Below are positions 23,706 through 33,775 of a stretch of 64,000 nt of DNA, one piece after another; the first letter of the stretch is position 1; each line of letters begins with the position of its first letter. Origin of the DNA: an uncultured Chloroflexia bacterium (GTDB taxonomy: Bacteria > Chloroflexota > Anaerolineae > JAAYZQ01); the NCBI GenBank assembly GCA_963700285.1, contig CAVOXA010000001.1, positions 192,001 through 256,000 on the forward strand. Reading direction: 5' to 3'. The position numbers and the translations under genes are program-made. Under the pieces are notes generated by a model. That model made no database searches, was not told the DNA's origin, and saw only the letters and a program-made list of their open reading frames with translations.

Positions 23706-25556
23706 ATGGCAGACAAGGTGAACCCTGAAGAACTGGAGTGGGCCTTTGACTATGATCCCAGCGATCCAATGCTTGGACTGAGCGGCAGGGATCTGAGTGG
23801 GCCCAAGGTGAGCCGCAGGACCGTCCTGCGGCTACTCGCTGCCGCCGGTGCGCTATCGGCGGCGAACGTGTTGGCCGCCTGTGGCCCTGCTGCTGCACCA
23901 GAGCCCACGGCCGCACCGGCGGAGGAGAAGGCAGCCGAAGCTGCCACCGCCGCGCCAGAGCCCACCATGGCGCCAGAGCCCACGGCTGTTCCAGAGCCAG
24001 TGGGGGGTGGGGAACTGACCGCCGGTTGGGCGGGCACGCCCGAGATCACCACCCTCGATCCGGCCCAGATCAACCAGGTCCTCCAGTTCCAGATCGCGTC
24101 CATGGTACTCGGCGGCCTGACGCACATCAACGCCGACCTGGTTGCCGAACCTGACCTGGCAGAATCCTGGGAGGTTTCGGACGACGGCAAGGAGTGGACC
24201 TTCCACCTGCGCCAGGGGGTGACCTGGCACAACGGCGACCCCTTTACCGCCGACGATGTGATCTTTACCTTCAACCGCTCCAAGGACCCGGAACAGTCGA
24301 TCCATTCCGCGATACTGGCCAACGTCAGTAGTGCCGAAAAGATCGACGACCACACGGTCAAGTTCATCCTGGAAGCGCCCCAGGCATCGTTCCTGACCAA
24401 GACGACGGAGCGCGCCAGCGGCCGGGCCCTGACCATCGTCAATCAGCGCGCCCTGGAGGAGATGGGCCCCGAGGAGTATGGCCTGATGCCTGTGGGGACC
24501 GGGCCCTACAAGGTGGTCGAGCACCAGTTGGGCCAGGGCGTGGTCCTGGAAAAGTTTGCGGATTACTACGATTCCGAGCGCCCCATCCTGGACAAAATCA
24601 CCTACATCCCCATCCCCGAACCGGAACCACTGGCGGCGGCCATCGAAGCGGGCGACATCCAGATCATCGGCGGCAACGCCCCCGCGGCCGAGCTCATCGA
24701 CCGCTTTGTGGCCAACTCGGACCTGACAGTTTCGGAGGTCCCTGGGCCTGGCTTCCAGGCGCTGTGGATGAACCCCTGGCGCGATCCCTTTAAGGTGCCC
24801 GACTTTGACAAGCCCATCGAGGAGCTCAAGCAGGAGCCGGGCTTTATGGTGCGGCTGGCCATCGCCAAGGCCATCGACCGCGAGGACCTGATCAACCGGG
24901 CTCTCTTTGGACGGGGCGTACCCGCCTTTGGCACCATCAACCCGGCCATGCGCTACTTTTTCGACACCGGGATCAACGACACCAGCGAGCAGCGCTTTGA
25001 CGTTGAGGAGGCGCAGCGCCTGCTGGCCGAGGCTGGCTTCCCCAATGGCGAGGGGTTCCCCACGCTCAAGTTGCTCATTACGCCCGCTGGCAAGCGCGAG
25101 GGTGAGATCATTGCCGACATCCTGAAAAAGAATCTCAACATCGACGTCGAGCTGGACATCAAGGACTGGACGGTGCTGGTCGAGCTCAACAACACCATGG
25201 ACTTTGACATGCTGCGCATCGGTAGCGGCGGCGACTATGACCCCGACGATGGCTTGGTCGACTGGATGATGACGACTTCCAAGTTCAATGGGCCGGATCG
25301 CCCGGCCGACATGGCCTTTGGCACGCACTCCATCGCCGAGGTCGACGACCTGATCGAACAGGAGCGCGTCGAGACCGACCTCGAGAAACGCAAGGAGTTG
25401 GTGCAAAAGGCCAACAAGCTCACTTCCGACAAGGTGGCAGCGGCCTTCCTGTTCCATCCGACGGACATACTCGTCTACCGCAACGAGGTGGGCTACCCGG
25501 ACGTGAGCCGTATTCCAGGTTTGGTCGACCTGGACCGGACGACCATCGAACAATAG
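23706..25556 (+). CDS. Peptide/nickel-type ABC substrate-binding lipoprotein with Tat signal
   Basis: SRRTVL twin-arginine motif, LAAC lipobox, Pro/Ala linker, LAESWEVSDDG..LRQGVTWHNG, GTGPY. Confidence 0.9.
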   Translation: MADKVNPEELEWAFDYDPSDPMLGLSGRDLSGPKVSRRTVLRLLAAAGALSAANVLAACGPAAAPEPTAAPAEEKAAEAATAAPEPTMAPEPTAVPEPVGGGELTAGWAGTPEITTLDPAQINQVLQFQIASMVLGGLTHINADLVAEPDLAESWEVSDDGKEWTFHLRQGVTWHNGDPFTADDVIFTFNRSKDPEQSIHSAILANVSSAEKIDDHTVKFILEAPQASFLTKTTERASGRALTIVNQRALEEMGPEEYGLMPVGTGPYKVVEHQLGQGVVLEKFADYYDSERPILDKITYIPIPEPEPLAAAIEAGDIQIIGGNAPAAELIDRFVANSDLTVSEVPGPGFQALWMNPWRDPFKVPDFDKPIEELKQEPGFMVRLAIAKAIDREDLINRALFGRGVPAFGTINPAMRYFFDTGINDTSEQRFDVEEAQRLLAEAGFPNGEGFPTLKLLITPAGKREGEIIADILKKNLNIDVELDIKDWTVLVELNNTMDFDMLRIGSGGDYDPDDGLVDWMMTTSKFNGPDRPADMAFGTHSIAEVDDLIEQERVETDLEKRKELVQKANKLTSDKVAAAFLFHPTDILVYRNEVGYPDVSRIPGLVDLDRTTIEQ

Positions 25557-25583
25557 GACTGAGAACCGCTTGCTGCAAGAAAG

Positions 25584-25634
25584 CAGAGCCTCCTCCCCAC
25601 ACGGAGACAGCTCTCTGGGGGGGAGGCCCTCTGT
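25584..25634. other. Intergenic stem-loop between the SBP and permease genes
   Basis: CAGAGCCTCCTCCC...GGGGGGAGGCCCTCTG. Confidence 0.5.
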
Positions 25635-25663
25635 TGTGAGAGCCAGGGGAACAGGACCCTTCT

Positions 25664-26611
25664 ATGACGCGCTATCTGATCCAACGGGTGCTGCACGCCT
25701 TTGTCGTGATCTGGTTGGTGGTCACGTTGGTGTTCTTTCTCCTGCGCGCCGTGCCCGGCGACCCCTTTGCCGCCATGCTGGCCGACGTCGACCCTGAGGC
25801 CGCCGAAGCGCTCAAGGCAAAATGGGGCTACGACCAGCCCGTCTACGTCCAGTATTACCTCTGGATGGGGAATCTGCTGCAGGGTGATCTGGGTAATTCC
25901 ATCTATGGCAGCAACGTGTCCGTCAGCCGCATCATCGGCGAGGCGATCCCCCGGACGCTGTCCCTGGCCTTCCTCTCTTTCACCATCGCCCTGAGCATCT
26001 CGCTCGCGGCCGGCATCATCTCGGCCATTAGAAGATACTCCCTGCTGGATCACGGGGTGACGATCACAGCCTTTATGGGCCTGAGTATGCCCGACTTTTG
26101 GCTGGGTATTCTCCTGATCATCGTCTTTGCCGTCAAGCTGGGCTGGCTGCCGGCCATCGGCTACAAGCCCATCTCGGACGGGTTCTGGCCCTGGCTCTCG
26201 CACCTGATCCTGCCGGCCATCGCCGCCGGGACCGCCTTTGCGGCCATCATTACCCGTATGACACGCTCTGCTATGCTGGAAGTGCTTCAGTCGGACTATA
26301 TCAAGGTAGCGCGAGCCAAGGGCCTGAGTGAGAACACAGTCGTCCTCGTCCATGCCTTCAAGAATGCCCTGATCCCCGTGATCACGGTCATGGGCATTGC
26401 CTTTGCCCTCTTGATGTCCGGCACGGTGATTATCGAAAATGTCTTTGCCATCAAAGGCCTGGGGCGCGTGCTCATCCAGAGCATCCTCAACCGGGATTAT
26501 CCGGTGGTCCAGGGAGCGATCCTGGTCGTCTCGGTTCTCTTTGTCTTTAGCAATCTGGTGGTCGACGTGCTCTACACCGTCATCGACCCCCGCATCCGCT
26601 ACACGGACTGA
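25664..26611 (+). CDS. ABC permease (DppB/OppB-like)
   Basis: PGDP, GDLGNS, TRSAMLEVL, ARAKGL, IENVF. Confidence 0.92.
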   Translation: MTRYLIQRVLHAFVVIWLVVTLVFFLLRAVPGDPFAAMLADVDPEAAEALKAKWGYDQPVYVQYYLWMGNLLQGDLGNSIYGSNVSVSRIIGEAIPRTLSLAFLSFTIALSISLAAGIISAIRRYSLLDHGVTITAFMGLSMPDFWLGILLIIVFAVKLGWLPAIGYKPISDGFWPWLSHLILPAIAAGTAFAAIITRMTRSAMLEVLQSDYIKVARAKGLSENTVVLVHAFKNALIPVITVMGIAFALLMSGTVIIENVFAIKGLGRVLIQSILNRDYPVVQGAILVVSVLFVFSNLVVDVLYTVIDPRIRYTD

Positions 26612-26614
26612 ACC

Positions 26615-27538
26615 ATGGCAGAACCAGCCAAGGCTGTCACCAGGATTGGGCCCAGCAGCATTACCGACGGTGGCGAGGTCAGAGAGAGGAGCAAGTGGCT
26701 CTGGGTCCGCTATCTCTGGCTGGACAAGAAAGCGGTCATTGGCGTGGTAATCCTCACAGTTATGGTCCTCGCTGCCATCTTTGCCCCCATCGTCGCTCCT
26801 TATGACCCCAACGAGCAAACCGCCGATTTCCTTCTGCCCCCCTCCCTGGAGCACTATATGGGCACGGACGACCTGGGGCGCGACCTTTTCAGCCGCATCG
26901 TCTATGGCGCCCGGGTCTCGCTCTTTGTCGGCGTTTCGACCGTCCTGATCGCCGCGGTTATCGGCATCTCTATGGGGCTGGTGGCCGGGTATCGTGGCGG
27001 CTGGGTCGATAGCATCATCATGCGCTACATCGACCTGCAATGGGCCTTCCCCAACTTTATCATCGCCGTCTATCTGGTGGCGGTGTTTGGTACCGGGCTG
27101 CTGAACGTGGTCATTGCCATCAGCCTGGCATTCCTGGATGACTTTGCCCGCGTCGTGCGGGCCATGGTACTGACACTCCGCGAGCAGGAGTTTGTGCTAG
27201 CAGCGCGGGCCATCGGCGCCTCTGACGGCCGTATCCAGAGGCAGCACATTCTGCCCAACACCATGGCGCCGGTGATCGTGCAGGCGACCGTAAGCGTCTC
27301 CTACGCGATCCTGGCCGAGGCGGGGCTCTCCTTCCTGGGCCTGGGCGTGGAACCTTCCACGCCGACCTGGGGGTTGATCCTGAGCGATGCGCGCTCCTTC
27401 ATCTCCCGCGCCTGGTGGCTGGCCGTGTTCCCCGGTCTGGCCATCACCCTCACCGTCCTCAGCATCAATTTCGTCGGCGATGCCATGCGCGATATCCTGG
27501 ATGTACGCGATCAATCGAGGGAGGAGGCACCCCACTGA
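26615..27538 (+). CDS. ABC permease (DppC/OppC-like)
   Basis: GTDDLGRD, EFVLAARAIG, HILPN, LSFLGLG. Confidence 0.92.
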   Translation: MAEPAKAVTRIGPSSITDGGEVRERSKWLWVRYLWLDKKAVIGVVILTVMVLAAIFAPIVAPYDPNEQTADFLLPPSLEHYMGTDDLGRDLFSRIVYGARVSLFVGVSTVLIAAVIGISMGLVAGYRGGWVDSIIMRYIDLQWAFPNFIIAVYLVAVFGTGLLNVVIAISLAFLDDFARVVRAMVLTLREQEFVLAARAIGASDGRIQRQHILPNTMAPVIVQATVSVSYAILAEAGLSFLGLGVEPSTPTWGLILSDARSFISRAWWLAVFPGLAITLTVLSINFVGDAMRDILDVRDQSREEAPH

Positions 27539-28209
27539 TGGATCTTCATACTTTTTCTATTGCAGCCCGTAGCCCGGAAGAAGGCAGTTTTGGTGTGGCC
27601 GTCTCAACGGCCCGTCCCTGTGTGGGTACCCTCGTTCCTTTTGTCAGCCTCCAAGGCGCCATCGCCACCCAAGCCAGGGTGAACACCGATCTAGGCCGCC
27701 AAGGACTAGCGCTGCTGGCGGCGGACATTGGGATCGAAATGGCCCTGAGCACGTTATTGGAAGCTGATGAGGATCGGGACATCCGCCAGCTCCACGGCGT
27801 CGATGCTGAGAAGACCTTTGCCTTTACGGGCGAGCGCTGCGTCGAATGGGCAGGGCATCTGATTGGCGCAGACTATACGGTCGCGGGGAACATGCTGGCG
27901 GGTCCCCAGGTGATCGAGGCCATGGCCGCGACCTTTGAAGAAAGCCTTGGCCTGGAGCTGAGCGAGCGTCTTGTCAGGGCCCTGGAAGCCGGCCAGCAGG
28001 CAGGTGGCGACAAGCGCGGTAAACAGTCGGCGGCGCTCCTGGTCGCCAGCCCCGATCCCCGCGGGTACCACAACCTGCGCGTGGACGATCATGTAGAACC
28101 CGTGGCCGAACTGCGGCGCATCTACGACCTGGTAGTCGACCACTCGAAGCAGATTGAAAGAGAATATGGGCTAGAGGGCCTGAGGCTATTTAGCCGCATC
28201 AAGACCTGA
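27538..28209 (+). CDS. DUF1028 Ntn-hydrolase-like protein
   Basis: TFSIAA, GAIATQA, RQ, AGNML, GGDKRGKQSAAL, LRVDDH; TGATG overlap with the permease. Confidence 0.85.
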   Translation: MDLHTFSIAARSPEEGSFGVAVSTARPCVGTLVPFVSLQGAIATQARVNTDLGRQGLALLAADIGIEMALSTLLEADEDRDIRQLHGVDAEKTFAFTGERCVEWAGHLIGADYTVAGNMLAGPQVIEAMAATFEESLGLELSERLVRALEAGQQAGGDKRGKQSAALLVASPDPRGYHNLRVDDHVEPVAELRRIYDLVVDHSKQIEREYGLEGLRLFSRIKT

Positions 28210-28229
28210 GTCGAGTCCCCCATGAAACC

Positions 28230-28259
28230 CAAACGCCCCCTTGTCCAAGGGGGCATTTG
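28230..28259. terminator. Terminator hairpin between convergent operons
   Basis: GCCCCCTTG-TC-CAAGGGGGC. Confidence 0.7.
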
Positions 28260-28280
28260 TCATGAATCAAGAAAGCAGGG

Positions 28281-29267
28281 TTATGTTACAGCCAACTCTG
28301 ATCCCAAGCCCATCGCCATGGCCTTTTCCAGAGCCAGTGAGGCGATAGCTGCGTCCTGTACCCCCACACCGGTCAGGTCACAGACGGTGATCTGGTCGTC
28401 GGACGTCCGCCCCGGCGCCCGGCCGATGATCAGGTCACCCAACTCTCCGGCCACGTCATCAAGATCGAGGATACCCGCCGCCACCGCGTGATGGATCTCA
28501 CCCAACCGTGAGCACTGGTTCAGCCGATCAGCAATGACAATGTCAGCCCGGGCCAGCACGGAGACATTGAGTTCCTGCTTGTCCGGTGCATCCGAGCCAA
28601 CGGCGTTGATGTGCACACCTCGCGACAACCACGCAGCTTCGATCAGCGGCTCGCGGCTGGGAGTCGTGGTGATCACCAGGCCGGCGTTGCGCAGGGCAAC
28701 CTCGACATCGGGGGCGACACCCACGTCTATGTCCAGTTCAGCCACCATCTCACGGGCGTAGGTCTCCGCATGCTCGCGATCCCGGCTCCACACGGCGACA
28801 CGACCCTCGAGCTGCCGGATATGGGCCACGGCCCGCAACTGGTAGCGGGCCTGCACCCCTGAGCCTATGATCGCCACCTTCTCTACCACTGGGTTGGCCA
28901 GGTAGTTGGCCGCCACCCCGCCGGCCGCCCCCGTGCGCAGGTCGGTCAGATAGCCATTCTCCAGCAGCAGCGCCGCGGGAAATCCTGTGGTCGCATCAAA
29001 GGCGATCATCAAGCCAGAACTGGTGGGCAGCCCTCGGGCCGGGTTCGCCCAAAAGCCCGAAGCTACTTTAAAGACAGCATAAGGGGCTCCCTGGAGATGG
29101 GCGCCCTTGACATGAAACTCCCCGTCGAATTCTGGGATCTCCAGTCCGATCACGTCGGGCAGCCGGGCCTCACCCCGGGCCAAAGCGGCAAACGCCTCTT
29201 CCACAACGGCCATCGCTTCAGGCATGGATACTGCTTGGCGGATCTCCTGTTCAGTCAAAACCAACAT
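28281..29267 (-). CDS. Ornithine cyclodeaminase / mu-crystallin family protein
   Basis: LTDLRTGAAG, IIGSGVQA, HINAVGSD, DLTGVGVQD. Confidence 0.9.
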   Translation of the reverse strand: MLVLTEQEIRQAVSMPEAMAVVEEAFAALARGEARLPDVIGLEIPEFDGEFHVKGAHLQGAPYAVFKVASGFWANPARGLPTSSGLMIAFDATTGFPAALLLENGYLTDLRTGAAGGVAANYLANPVVEKVAIIGSGVQARYQLRAVAHIRQLEGRVAVWSRDREHAETYAREMVAELDIDVGVAPDVEVALRNAGLVITTTPSREPLIEAAWLSRGVHINAVGSDAPDKQELNVSVLARADIVIADRLNQCSRLGEIHHAVAAGILDLDDVAGELGDLIIGRAPGRTSDDQITVCDLTGVGVQDAAIASLALEKAMAMGLGSELAVT

Positions 29268-29333
29268 GGGCTATTCCCCCCTGTTTTCTCCACAGGCTCG
29301 CTGGCCACAGACTCAGACCTCGGACTGTTGTAT

Positions 29334-30269
29334 TTACTCAGGCAATAGATAGCGCTTGGCGATGCTGGCGCCCACCGTATAGTTGGGGTCGACCATGTTG
29401 CCCAGGCGTACCTTGCCGATCTGGGTCAGGAGCATGTACGCCTCCCACCGATCAAAGTCGTAGCTGTCGACCATCCAGTGCACCAGGTCGGCATAGGCGA
29501 TGCGGGCCGCATCTTCCATGGGGCGTGCGCTGCCAATGCTCATGATGAACTGCTCATTTTCGAGGCGCGGCCAGCTCAGCGTCCAACCCTTGACCAGATC
29601 GAGCGTCATGGTGGTCCTCATCGCGATCTCTATGGCCACCCCACACACCTCGCCGTCACCCTGGACGGCGTGCCCATCGCCCAGGTATAACAGTGCCCCC
29701 TCCGTGCGCACGGGCAGGTAAAGCGTGCACCCCGGGCCGACGTCGGGCAGATCCATGTTGCCCCCGTGGCTATCCGGTGTGAGGGAGTTGATGGAATCGA
29801 TCTCTGGCGCGGTGCCAATGGTACCGATAAAGGGTTCGTAGGGCAAGGTGATCCGCTCGCTCCACTCGACCCCCTCCTCTGTAACATTCACCTTGCGCAC
29901 AATCTCGGGGAGCGGATCCTGAAGGGTCGCCGTAGTGCCTGTGCTGGTCAGTCCGCCGAAATAGGGCACCAGACAGGTCGTCCCCCGGGGTTGCGACCCT
30001 ATGGGCTCGATGGCATGGATGTGGACCGCCAGAGCATCGCCCTTCTCCGCCCCTTCCACATAGATGGGGCCCATCTGCGGGTTGAGATAGGGAAACTCGA
30101 GCACAGCCGAGGACATGGTGTCCTTGGTGAGTATTTTCCCTTCAAAAGCGTCCTGAGTCTCGACGATGACCGTATCCCCTGGCCTGACGGACAGTACCGG
30201 TTGAGCGTAGGGGCCAATGGTATAGTGATACTTTTTCTGTTCAGCGTCGGTAAGCTGGTGTTCTGACAT
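29334..30269 (-). CDS. Acetamidase/formamidase family protein
   Basis: NPQMGPIYVEGAEKGD, HGGNMD, GDGHAVQGDGE. Confidence 0.9.
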   Translation of the reverse strand: MSEHQLTDAEQKKYHYTIGPYAQPVLSVRPGDTVIVETQDAFEGKILTKDTMSSAVLEFPYLNPQMGPIYVEGAEKGDALAVHIHAIEPIGSQPRGTTCLVPYFGGLTSTGTTATLQDPLPEIVRKVNVTEEGVEWSERITLPYEPFIGTIGTAPEIDSINSLTPDSHGGNMDLPDVGPGCTLYLPVRTEGALLYLGDGHAVQGDGEVCGVAIEIAMRTTMTLDLVKGWTLSWPRLENEQFIMSIGSARPMEDAARIAYADLVHWMVDSYDFDRWEAYMLLTQIGKVRLGNMVDPNYTVGASIAKRYLLPE

Positions 30270-30294
30270 TCTTTTACCCCCTTGTCTCAGTTCT

Positions 30295-31044
30295 CTATCC
30301 ATCTATTGCAAAGATCCGCAGGGCATTGGAGCCCCACAGCTTTTGCTTCTGCAACTCGCTGAGATGGGCAAAGCGCACGCGGGCCATCTCAAATTCCTGG
30401 TCATAGACTGGGCTGCGGCTGGCAAAGAGCACCCGCCCCTCGCCTACTTCCGTGGTGATCTCTTCGACAAAGTCCTCGCGGTAGGTACCAGCCGTCTGGA
30501 TGACAACGTTGGGGCAGGCTTCGAGCATCTGCCTGGCCTCACGCTGCAGCATGCCGCTGATGTTGATCTGCCCCCCGTTGCAGGCCACGAACTGCAGGTC
30601 CGGGAAACGGGCAATGATATCTCGGACTTGAGTTGGGTGCGATAGCCGCAGATGACCGGCATTGATCACGACCGGCCTGCTGTAGCGACCGGCTGCCTCC
30701 AACACCGGCACCACGATGTCGTCATTGGCCTGAAAGTTCTCCTCCCAGGGGTCCAGGTACAGACCGCAGGCGCCAAGTTCTTCGAAACCCCGCCGTACTT
30801 CGGCGACCGCGGCATCGCCCTGCCACGGATCGACCCTGCACAGGCCCCAGAAGCGCTCAGGATGCTCCTGGACGCTTTTGCCCACAAGGTCGTTCGCAGG
30901 ACCGAGGTGGTACTCGGGTGGCCTGACGGGAGCCAGTACAGCCCTATCGATCTCCAACCGGTCCATGCTGGCCAGGATTTCGGCCTGCGACTGCCCATAG
31001 CCGAACAAGCATTGCCCCAGGTAGACCTGTGCATCGACGATCAT
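30295..31044 (-). CDS. Amidohydrolase_2-fold protein lacking metal ligands (probable pseudoenzyme)
   Basis: Colinear with its neighbour but has DAQVY for DxHxH and FASR for YASD. Confidence 0.75.
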   Translation of the reverse strand: MIVDAQVYLGQCLFGYGQSQAEILASMDRLEIDRAVLAPVRPPEYHLGPANDLVGKSVQEHPERFWGLCRVDPWQGDAAVAEVRRGFEELGACGLYLDPWEENFQANDDIVVPVLEAAGRYSRPVVINAGHLRLSHPTQVRDIIARFPDLQFVACNGGQINISGMLQREARQMLEACPNVVIQTAGTYREDFVEEITTEVGEGRVLFASRSPVYDQEFEMARVRFAHLSELQKQKLWGSNALRIFAIDG

Positions 31045-31787
31045 GGCTGATCCCCCTCTGTCGTCACGCCGTCCAGGATGGCCGCGATGTTGTCGTAGAA
31101 CAGCGCCTCCTGCTCCTCCGCAGTCAGACCAGCCATCCGGACCTTGTGGAGCTCGATGGTTGGGTCGCAGCCGGGACCATCGCTGGCATAGAGCACCCGA
31201 GAGGCCCCCACGCGCTCCACCGACTCCTTGATGAACTGAGGATAGGGCATGGCCGAGGTTTCAAGGACAATGTTGGGATACCGCTCTGCCACACGGAGCG
31301 CGTCGTTGGTATGAAAGTAGCCACCAGAATGCCCCAGGATGATGGTCGCCTCTGGGCAGGCCGCAGCCGCCTGGGCAATCTGAAGGGGCAGTGTCAATTC
31401 CTCATCGCCACAATGAAACAAGACGGGAGCATTGTACCGGACGGCCTGGCGAATCAGATCAAGGGTTTCCTGGCCTCCCGGATGGCACAGGTTGCCCACT
31501 GGGTGCAATTTCAGGCCCTTGAATCCATAGTCCTCCATCGCCTTTTCGAAAAGCCGGTGGGCGATCTCACCCCGGCGGGGATTGATGCGCGCATAAGCGA
31601 TCAACCGCTCAGGGTATTTCTGAACGGACTCGGCCATGTATTCGAGGGCCCCTTCCGAGTCGGGCGCATCCCGGTAGGTCATGATGATGCTCTTGTCGAT
31701 GCCGGCCTCGTCCATCAGGCGGAGGATAGTCTCTGGTGGATCGTACCAGCCAACCCGATCAACGTGCGTATGAGAATCGATGATCAT
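31041..31787 (-). CDS. Amidohydrolase_2 family metallohydrolase
   Basis: IDSHTH, GLKLHP, VLFHCG, ILGHSG, LYASDGP; RBS GAGGAG. Confidence 0.88.
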   Translation of the reverse strand: MIIDSHTHVDRVGWYDPPETILRLMDEAGIDKSIIMTYRDAPDSEGALEYMAESVQKYPERLIAYARINPRRGEIAHRLFEKAMEDYGFKGLKLHPVGNLCHPGGQETLDLIRQAVRYNAPVLFHCGDEELTLPLQIAQAAAACPEATIILGHSGGYFHTNDALRVAERYPNIVLETSAMPYPQFIKESVERVGASRVLYASDGPGCDPTIELHKVRMAGLTAEEQEALFYDNIAAILDGVTTEGDQP

Positions 31788-31876
31788 CTCGGCACTCCTC
31801 TGTGGGAATGCATCCCACGCGGTCAAAGAGGCTCTCGCCGCTCGCCGGCGGGCCTCCAGGTACCAGGCCAAGCATA

Positions 31877-31905
31877 ACTGTATCACGGGTTGCAACTGTT
31901 GTCAA
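31877..31905 (-). promoter_or_regulatory. sigma70 promoter of the amidohydrolase operon
   Basis: Minus strand TTGACA-17-TACAGT; palindrome GTTGCAAC inside the spacer. Confidence 0.6.
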
Positions 31906-32004
31906 GGCTGGCTGAGAACACTCGAAATTCCTGTTCGCTGCTCAGGCGGCGCGACGTGAGGCCGTCCAGGAACAGTCATGGTTTCCCTCGAGCTCAGATA
32001 GGCC

Positions 32005-32034
32005 AAAAGGGCGACCTTGAAAGGTCGCCCTTTT
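32005..32034. terminator. Intrinsic terminator
   Basis: AAAAGGGCGACCT-TGAA-AGGTCGCCCTTTT. Confidence 0.88.
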
Positions 32035-32084
32035 GAGCTGGCTTTGACACCGGGTGAGCATTGCGCCTCTGGGGCGCCTCTCCA

Positions 32085-33752
32085 CTAGACCGTCTTTAGG
32101 TATTGATGGACCAGGCTGATGGCGATGGCGCCCTGCCCCACGGCGGAGGCCACCCGTCGGATGGCGCCCTGCCGGACATCACCGGCGGCAAAGATGCCTG
32201 GCACGCTGGTCTCCAGGATATATGGATCTCGCTTCAGCTTCCAGTTCTTGGGGCGGCGACCCGCCTGGATGAGATCGGGGCCGGTGAGTATAAAGCCAGC
32301 GCTGTTTCGCTCCACGACACCCGCCACCAACTCGGAGTGAGGAACCGCGCCAATAAAGAGGAACATGGCTGCGGCCGGCAATGTTTGACTTTCACCAGAT
32401 TCGTTATTCACGATGGTGATGGCTTTGAGCCGGTCTTCACCTAGCGCTTCAACCACCTCGGTCTGCAGCATCACCTCGATATTCTCCGTCGCTCTTATCT
32501 GGTCGACGAGGTACTGAGACATGCCCTTTTCCAGATCGACTGGCACGTACCAGCATGGTGACCTTGCTCGCGTATTGGGAGAAGAACATTGCCCCCTGAC
32601 CGGCCGAGTTGGCGCCGCCAACGACAAAGACCTGCTCGTCCCGGTAATGGGCCGCTTCGGTCAAAGCTGCTCCGTAGTAAACCCCGGCCCCGGTCAGGGC
32701 CTTGACACCGGGCACATCAAGCATGCGGACCGAGACGCCGGTAGCAAGCACAAGTGCGCGGCAGGTCAACTCGGTCCCGTCACCAAACCGTAACGATGCG
32801 ATAGGGGTCTTCTACCCGCACCTCGATCACCTCCCTGGCGGTCAGAATCTCGGCCCCCAGGCGCTGGGCCTGGGCAGTGGCCCGCCGGGCCAGATCGGCT
32901 CCGCTCAAGCCATTTGGGAAAGCCCAAATAGTTCTCGATGCGTGAACTGGTACCCGCTTGTCCGCCGGTGGCCTCCTTGTCGATCATCAGCGTGCGCAAC
33001 CCCTCAGACGCGCCATACACGGCTGCCCCCAGGCCCGCCGGGCCGGCCCCGACGATGATCACGTCGTAGAAGGGCTCGGTCGCCTGCGTTTGCAGGCCGC
33101 ACTTTTCGGCCAAGGCCCGGTTGTCGGGCTCGACCAACACGTCCCCAGTCGGGAAAGAATACGACAGGGCAGCCGGGCCTGCTCGGGGGTGACTGCCTCG
33201 ACCAGCTCCCTGGCCTCTGCATCCTTTTCGATATCCAACCACTGATAGGGAATCCGGTTGCGGGCCAAAAAGTCCTTGACACGGTGGCAACTGGGCGACC
33301 AGAGCGTGCCTGCCACCCGAATGCCATCGTACGGCAGCGGCACAGTCGCCTGCCAGTCGCTCAACAGATCGTCCAAGACAGGATACAGGGTCTGCTCAGG
33401 CGGGATCCCAGGGCTTCATCAGGTAATGATCCAGGCCAATCGTGTTGATGCTTTCAATGGCGGCCTCGGTGTCGGCATAGGCGGTGAGCAATACCTTGCG
33501 GGTATCGGGATAGAGCTTGCGCGCCTCGGCCAGAAACTCGGTGCCGGTCATGACCGGCATGCGCTGGTCGGCCAGAAACAGGGCAATAGGCGCATTGCGG
33601 CGTTTGAGCTGGCGGACAGCCTCCAGCGCCTCCTGCCCCGAGGAAGCCTTCACGATGCGATAATCGCCGCGATAGTGCCGGCGCAGGTCGCGCTCGACTG
33701 CGTTGAGCACCTGCGGCTCGTCGTCAACGGTGAGTATAATGGGTTTGGCCAT
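32085..33752 (-). CDS. Receiver-glutaredoxin-like-TrxB-like FAD oxidoreductase fusion (frameshifted)
   Basis: ILTVDDE..ADQRMP..KPW receiver; WSPSCH Grx-like segment; [39 protein letters not shown]. Confidence 0.85.
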
Positions 33753-33775
33753 GACAGAATCTCCTAACTAACGTC

